From Candidatus Sigynarchaeum calidifontis (lineage in GTDB: Archaea; Asgardarchaeota; Lokiarchaeia; Sigyniarchaeales; Sigyniarchaeaceae), in the NCBI GenBank assembly GCA_030587475.2, contig JAUQYZ020000150.1, forward strand, positions 1 to 10,550: a stretch of 10,550 bases of DNA, written 5' to 3'. Positions 7,341 to 10,550 of the stretch are shown here, in pieces. A program made the translations under genes and the position numbers. Below the pieces are notes generated by a model. That model made no database searches, was not told where the DNA came from, and saw only the letters and a list, made by a program, of their open reading frames with translations. How positions within the stretch are numbered: the stretch's first letter is position 1; every line of letters starts with the position of its first letter.

Positions 7341-8417
7341 ATGATTGCACGGACAGACATCATCGCCGGCATCGTGTTCTCGAAATACGACGAGATCGCA
7401 GGCCCCGACGCGTTTTACTGGGTGCCCGGCGAGTTGACGAGGGAAACGCTCTCGATCGTCAGCAACCGGTCGCTCAACATGCTCTCGGGAGACGAGCGGT
7501 CGATCCCGAAGGAACTGGAGATCGTCACGTTCCCGTCCATCGAGTTGAAGGGGATGATCAAGTTCTTGCAGATCAGCGACAGCTCGAAGCGCGGCGGGTT
7601 CGTGAACGCTTCGATCACGCTGCTTTTCAACGACAAGGACGCGTCGATTTTTTACAAATATCGTGCCGAGTTTAACCAGCCTTTCGAGGAATTCAGCCGC
7701 GTGATCATGGATCTCGAGCAGCGAAAAGCCAATGCACGTGAATACATTGAAAAATTCACCAAGTTCAACGCGCGTGTTAACGAGATCATCAAGGACTTGT
7801 TCGAAAAAGAAGTGGGCCTGAAGGACAAGGTCGAATTTCCCGAGGCCGACGAGGGTGTCATCAAGTATAGAATATACAAGTTCAAGGTGATCGTCGTCGG
7901 GGACCCGGAGGTTGGCAAGACATCCTTGATCTTGCGATATACCGACAACGCGTTCCGCCGCACGTACATCACGACCATCGGCGTCAATGTGACCGCCAAG
8001 AACCTCACGTACAGCGATCGCAAGGTCAAGTTCGCGATCTGGGACATCGCTGGCCAAACCAAGTTCCAGAAAACCCGCCGCCACTTTTACGAGGGCGCGC
8101 AAGGGGTCATCATCGTGTTCGACCTCACGCGGCCGGACACCTTCGAGAACATCGGGAAATGGTATGACGATGTCAAGCAATCCGTTAAAAATGAGCTACC
8201 CGGCATCATCCTTGGCAACAAGGCCGACCTCGCAAACGACATCATGGTGTCCAGCGAGAAAATCGAGAAGATAGCCCAGAAATTGCGGCTCGGGTACATC
8301 GAAACGTCCGCGCTGGACGGCAAGAACGTCAACGAGGCATTCTTGTATCTCGCGGCCATGCTCGTGAACAAGGGGAAGGAAGAGACCGAGAACATCGATG
8401 AACCAGAAGAAACGTGA
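7341..8417 (+). CDS. Fusion of an N-terminal uDENN/longin-like domain (NPRL2/FLCN/SMCR8/C9orf72 type) and a C-terminal Rab-like small GTPase
   Basis: N-terminus IAGIVFSKYDEIAGPDAFYWVP matches the hydrophobic-x-[FYW]-D-x3-G-P opening of uDENN longins, and a D-S-S-K-R-G loop follows. A helical linker leads to the GTPase at about 7878-8370: G1 GDPEVGKT, G2 TTIG, G3 WDIAGQ, G4 NKAD, G5 ETSAL, with RabF-like IGVNV, KFAIW, FYEGA and IVFDLT. SD-like GAGGA at 7330-7334. Confidence 0.9.
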   Translation: MIARTDIIAGIVFSKYDEIAGPDAFYWVPGELTRETLSIVSNRSLNMLSGDERSIPKELEIVTFPSIELKGMIKFLQISDSSKRGGFVNASITLLFNDKDASIFYKYRAEFNQPFEEFSRVIMDLEQRKANAREYIEKFTKFNARVNEIIKDLFEKEVGLKDKVEFPEADEGVIKYRIYKFKVIVVGDPEVGKTSLILRYTDNAFRRTYITTIGVNVTAKNLTYSDRKVKFAIWDIAGQTKFQKTRRHFYEGAQGVIIVFDLTRPDTFENIGKWYDDVKQSVKNELPGIILGNKADLANDIMVSSEKIEKIAQKLRLGYIETSALDGKNVNEAFLYLAAMLVNKGKEETENIDEPEET

Positions 8418-8451
8418 GTCCTGGTTTCCACACGCCATGGCGACTGCTGGT

Positions 8452-8466
8452 AAAAATAAGAGAGGA
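8452..8466 (-). terminator. Possible pyrimidine/U-rich terminator for fwdDB in the convergent intergenic region
   Basis: Minus strand reads CCTCTCTTATTTTT about 30-45 nt after the fwdB stop. Archaeal terminators are often oligo-U. Confidence 0.3.
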
Positions 8467-8496
8467 ATGACGGGTAATGACGATGCATTCATTTAT

Positions 8497-9861
8497 TCAA
8501 ACGTGCTTCTCGCCCAGCTTCTTTTCGACGACTTGGACGAGTTCGTGAAGCCAATACGCGTTTGATGGTTTACAGCCCTCGGGTGGCTCGACGATTTTAC
8601 GCATGTGAATGGGGATCCCATCCATCCGGTAACATGATGATTCGGCTTCGATGCCATCGTGCGTGCCAGGGATGATCAAGTTGGCCAGCTCGGTGGTGGG
8701 GGTCGGGTGGACGTCGCACGCGATGAGCGGGATCTCGGCCATGCGCTCGACCGATCTTTGGGGCATGTGTGCGCCCGGATCGGCGGCGATGTTGAGCATG
8801 GCGTCGACTTCCTTGCGCCTGAGCATGTCGACACCAGTGAACTCGCCGATGTTGTACCGGGGGAAGCCACGGGCAAAGTTGACACCATACGGGTAGCCGG
8901 TCATCCATGACAAGACCTGATTGAGCCCCGTGACATTGTAGTGGCCGCGCAAGGGCATGATTTGAAATTTCGTGATGTTACAGAGATCTTGCGTGAGCCC
9001 GATGGCCGCGGCGACGCTATTCTTCTTGGATGCGCTGTGCGTGAGGCCGAGCCCGAAAAAAATGGCGCCGTACGACGCCGCCTTCATGTCCTCGGCGAGC
9101 TGCCGCCAGACCGCGATGGGAACGCCGCCCACCTTCTCCTTCGTGATCTGGGCGCCCTTGATGATGGCGCGCAGGGTCTGGAAGGCCTCGTAATCGGCGC
9201 CCATCTCGATCTGGATGTGGACATCGGCCAATTTCGCTGTGTCCGTGTGCCGGGGGTCGACCACAACGAGCTTGCGCTCCTGGCGGCCATGACGCCTGAA
9301 ATAGCCAGAAACGTACGTGGAATAGCGGGACATGTGGCGCGCGTGCGCATTCATCGGGTTACAGCCCCAATACACGATGAGATCTGCCCGATTCTTCACC
9401 TCGCCAAGCGTCGCCCCCGCATACCCGACTTCTTGAATTGCTTGCACGCTAGGGCCATGGCAGTGCGTCACTTGGCCATCGATCGTCCCACCGACGAGCT
9501 CCGTCAACCGCACGCCTTCACGAATCGCTTCGACGCTGGTCTCGCTCCAGCCGAAGAGCAGCGGGTGTTTTGCCTTGATCAGGATATCCGCCGCTTTATC
9601 CAGGGCCTCGTCCCATGAAATCGGCTTGAACGCCTCTTTCTTGCTCGCCCGCCAGAGCGGCGTCGTGAATCGCTCGGCGCCCCTGCATGGCAAGAAATTG
9701 GCAGTGCCGACTTTACAAGCATTATACACGGTAACGATCTCGTTGTTGACGACCTCGCAAGCGATATCATCGCAGGCACAGCCATCAAATACACAAGTGC
9801 AGTCGGTGACGAGCTTCTTGCCGTCCTTTTCCGTGATCTTCGCGTTTTCCGTGATGAACAT
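8497..9861 (-). CDS. fwdB: Formylmethanofuran dehydrogenase subunit B (W/Mo-bis-MGD catalytic subunit)
   Basis: N-terminal CVFDGCACDDI...NAC Fe-S motif, metal-ligand motif CHGPS (Cys codon TGC at 9460-9462), ATLGEVKNRADLIVYWGCNPMNAHARHMSRYS, VVVDPRHTDTAKLAD, FFGLGLTHS, PLRGHYNVTG, TGYPYGVNF, ADPGAHMP, YRMDGIPI. W versus Mo (fwd/fmd) cannot be told from the sequence. Confidence 0.95.
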   Translation of the reverse strand: MFITENAKITEKDGKKLVTDCTCVFDGCACDDIACEVVNNEIVTVYNACKVGTANFLPCRGAERFTTPLWRASKKEAFKPISWDEALDKAADILIKAKHPLLFGWSETSVEAIREGVRLTELVGGTIDGQVTHCHGPSVQAIQEVGYAGATLGEVKNRADLIVYWGCNPMNAHARHMSRYSTYVSGYFRRHGRQERKLVVVDPRHTDTAKLADVHIQIEMGADYEAFQTLRAIIKGAQITKEKVGGVPIAVWRQLAEDMKAASYGAIFFGLGLTHSASKKNSVAAAIGLTQDLCNITKFQIMPLRGHYNVTGLNQVLSWMTGYPYGVNFARGFPRYNIGEFTGVDMLRRKEVDAMLNIAADPGAHMPQRSVERMAEIPLIACDVHPTPTTELANLIIPGTHDGIEAESSCYRMDGIPIHMRKIVEPPEGCKPSNAYWLHELVQVVEKKLGEKHV

Positions 9862-9883
9862 GGTGATTCTTTCGCCTCGGTGG

Positions 9884-10294
9884 TTATTGCTTGAGCGGGT
9901 CGATGTACCTCTCTCGCATCAGGTCCGCCATTTGCAAGGGGGTTTTCTCGGGCACGGGCTCGACCTCGACGACCGTGTCCTTGTACTGCGGGCAGCCCGA
10001 GCATTTCGTCTCAGGGCCGATGATGATGTTCGTCCATGGGCCCCTCGGCATGAACCCGATACCTGGATGGGGTCCATCCGGCGTCAATTGCGAGCTAACG
10101 ACCACCTTGCCGTATTCATTCCGGACCTCGACCGCGGTGCCGGGGAACGTTCCCATCTTCTTGAAATCGGCCATGTCGAGATAGATGACAGCCGCCACGT
10201 TGCGGTAATCGGGCAGTTTCTTTCCTCCGCCCTTGATAATGACACCTTGCGGTACTGTCGCCCCGGAAGTAACGTGGATCTTGATCGCTGGCAT
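9884..10294 (-). CDS. fwdD: Formylmethanofuran dehydrogenase subunit D (molybdopterin dinucleotide-binding)
   Basis: SGATVPQG...Y..AAVIYLD..D.KKMG...G..VEVRNEYGKVVV...PHPGIGFMPRGPWTN...P.YKDTVVEVEP matches the FwdD pattern. It ends 22 nt upstream of the fwdB start. Confidence 0.9.
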   Translation of the reverse strand: MPAIKIHVTSGATVPQGVIIKGGGKKLPDYRNVAAVIYLDMADFKKMGTFPGTAVEVRNEYGKVVVSSQLTPDGPHPGIGFMPRGPWTNIIIGPETKCSGCPQYKDTVVEVEPVPEKTPLQMADLMRERYIDPLKQ

Positions 10295-10352
10295 GATTCA
10301 TCAAGTCTTCTTCGTGTGCGGCATGCCACGTGCCCAGGGGGCTCGTTCGTGC

Positions 10353-10370
10353 CGGTAAAAAGCTCTTTCC
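10353..10370 (-). promoter_or_regulatory. Putative BRE-TATA promoter of fwdDB
   Basis: Minus strand reads GGAAAGAGCTTTTTACC about 60 nt upstream of the fwdD ATG. An alternative candidate, GAAATTATTAATTTT, lies at about 10410-10424. Confidence 0.35.
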
Positions 10371-10534
10371 TCGATGCTCACACGTTGTATGGTTGTCATT
10401 ATCCCCTCGAAAATTAATAATTTCACCTTTGGAAAATGCGTCATTTCGCCATCGAAGCGTTTTCCGCATCGGATCCGATCCGGTTCTGATACCATCGAGC
10501 GAACATGACCGCGACCACGTTGTCACGCCGCGCA

Positions 10535-10550
10535 CGAAAAACCCCTTATA
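10535..10550 (+). promoter_or_regulatory. Putative BRE-TATA of a divergent gene beyond the window
   Basis: CGAAAAACCCCTTATA at the right edge: purine-rich BRE-like segment followed by TTATA. Confidence 0.3.

Noticed and set aside
6519-8180. 553-aa minus-strand ORF spanning both GTPase genes
   Set aside because: Antisense shadow. The two GTPase genes happen to share a reading frame, so the shadow runs through the short spacer. No recognisable motifs.
8433-8442. Palindrome CGCCATGGCG in the convergent intergenic region as a hairpin terminator
   Set aside because: Only 10 bp with no loop and no adjacent U-tract on the plus strand; could be chance.
9460-9462. Possible selenocysteine at the FwdB metal ligand
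   Set aside because: The codon is TGC (Cys); no in-frame TGA read-through is needed.
8941-10417. Plus-strand ORFs of 225 and 280 aa
   Set aside because: Antisense to the strongly supported fwdB and fwdD.
10116-10535. Minus-strand ORFs upstream of or overlapping fwdD (10116-10535, 10301-10495)
   Set aside because: No similarity to Fwd subunits or ferredoxins, atypical composition; the region looks like a divergent promoter.

Overview
Archaeal window, most consistent with a GC-rich Asgard (Lokiarchaeia/Sigynarchaeota-like) genome; this is inferred from gene content, not from a search. Seven genes are supported. From left to right: a truncated multi-pass membrane protein missing from the ORF track (minus strand, runs off the left edge); a double-CCG (HdrD/GlpC-like) Fe-S protein; a co-directional three-gene cluster; and a convergent fwdD-fwdB pair (formylmethanofuran dehydrogenase subunits D and B). 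The cluster encodes (i) a 1477-aa single-pass surface glycoprotein with a jelly-roll/CBM-like tip, an Ig-like repeat stalk, a TM helix and a cytoplasmic longin-like domain plus winged helix, (ii) a stand-alone Rag/Gtr-like small GTPase, and (iii) a uDENN/longin-Rab-like GTPase fusion whose longin carries a D-x3-R-G motif where FLCN/SMCR8 have their GAP arginine finger. The main hypothesis is a receptor-coupled longin/Rag/Rab signalling module resembling a primordial FLCN/GATOR1/C9orf72-SMCR8-type circuit. All domain calls come from motif recognition by eye.
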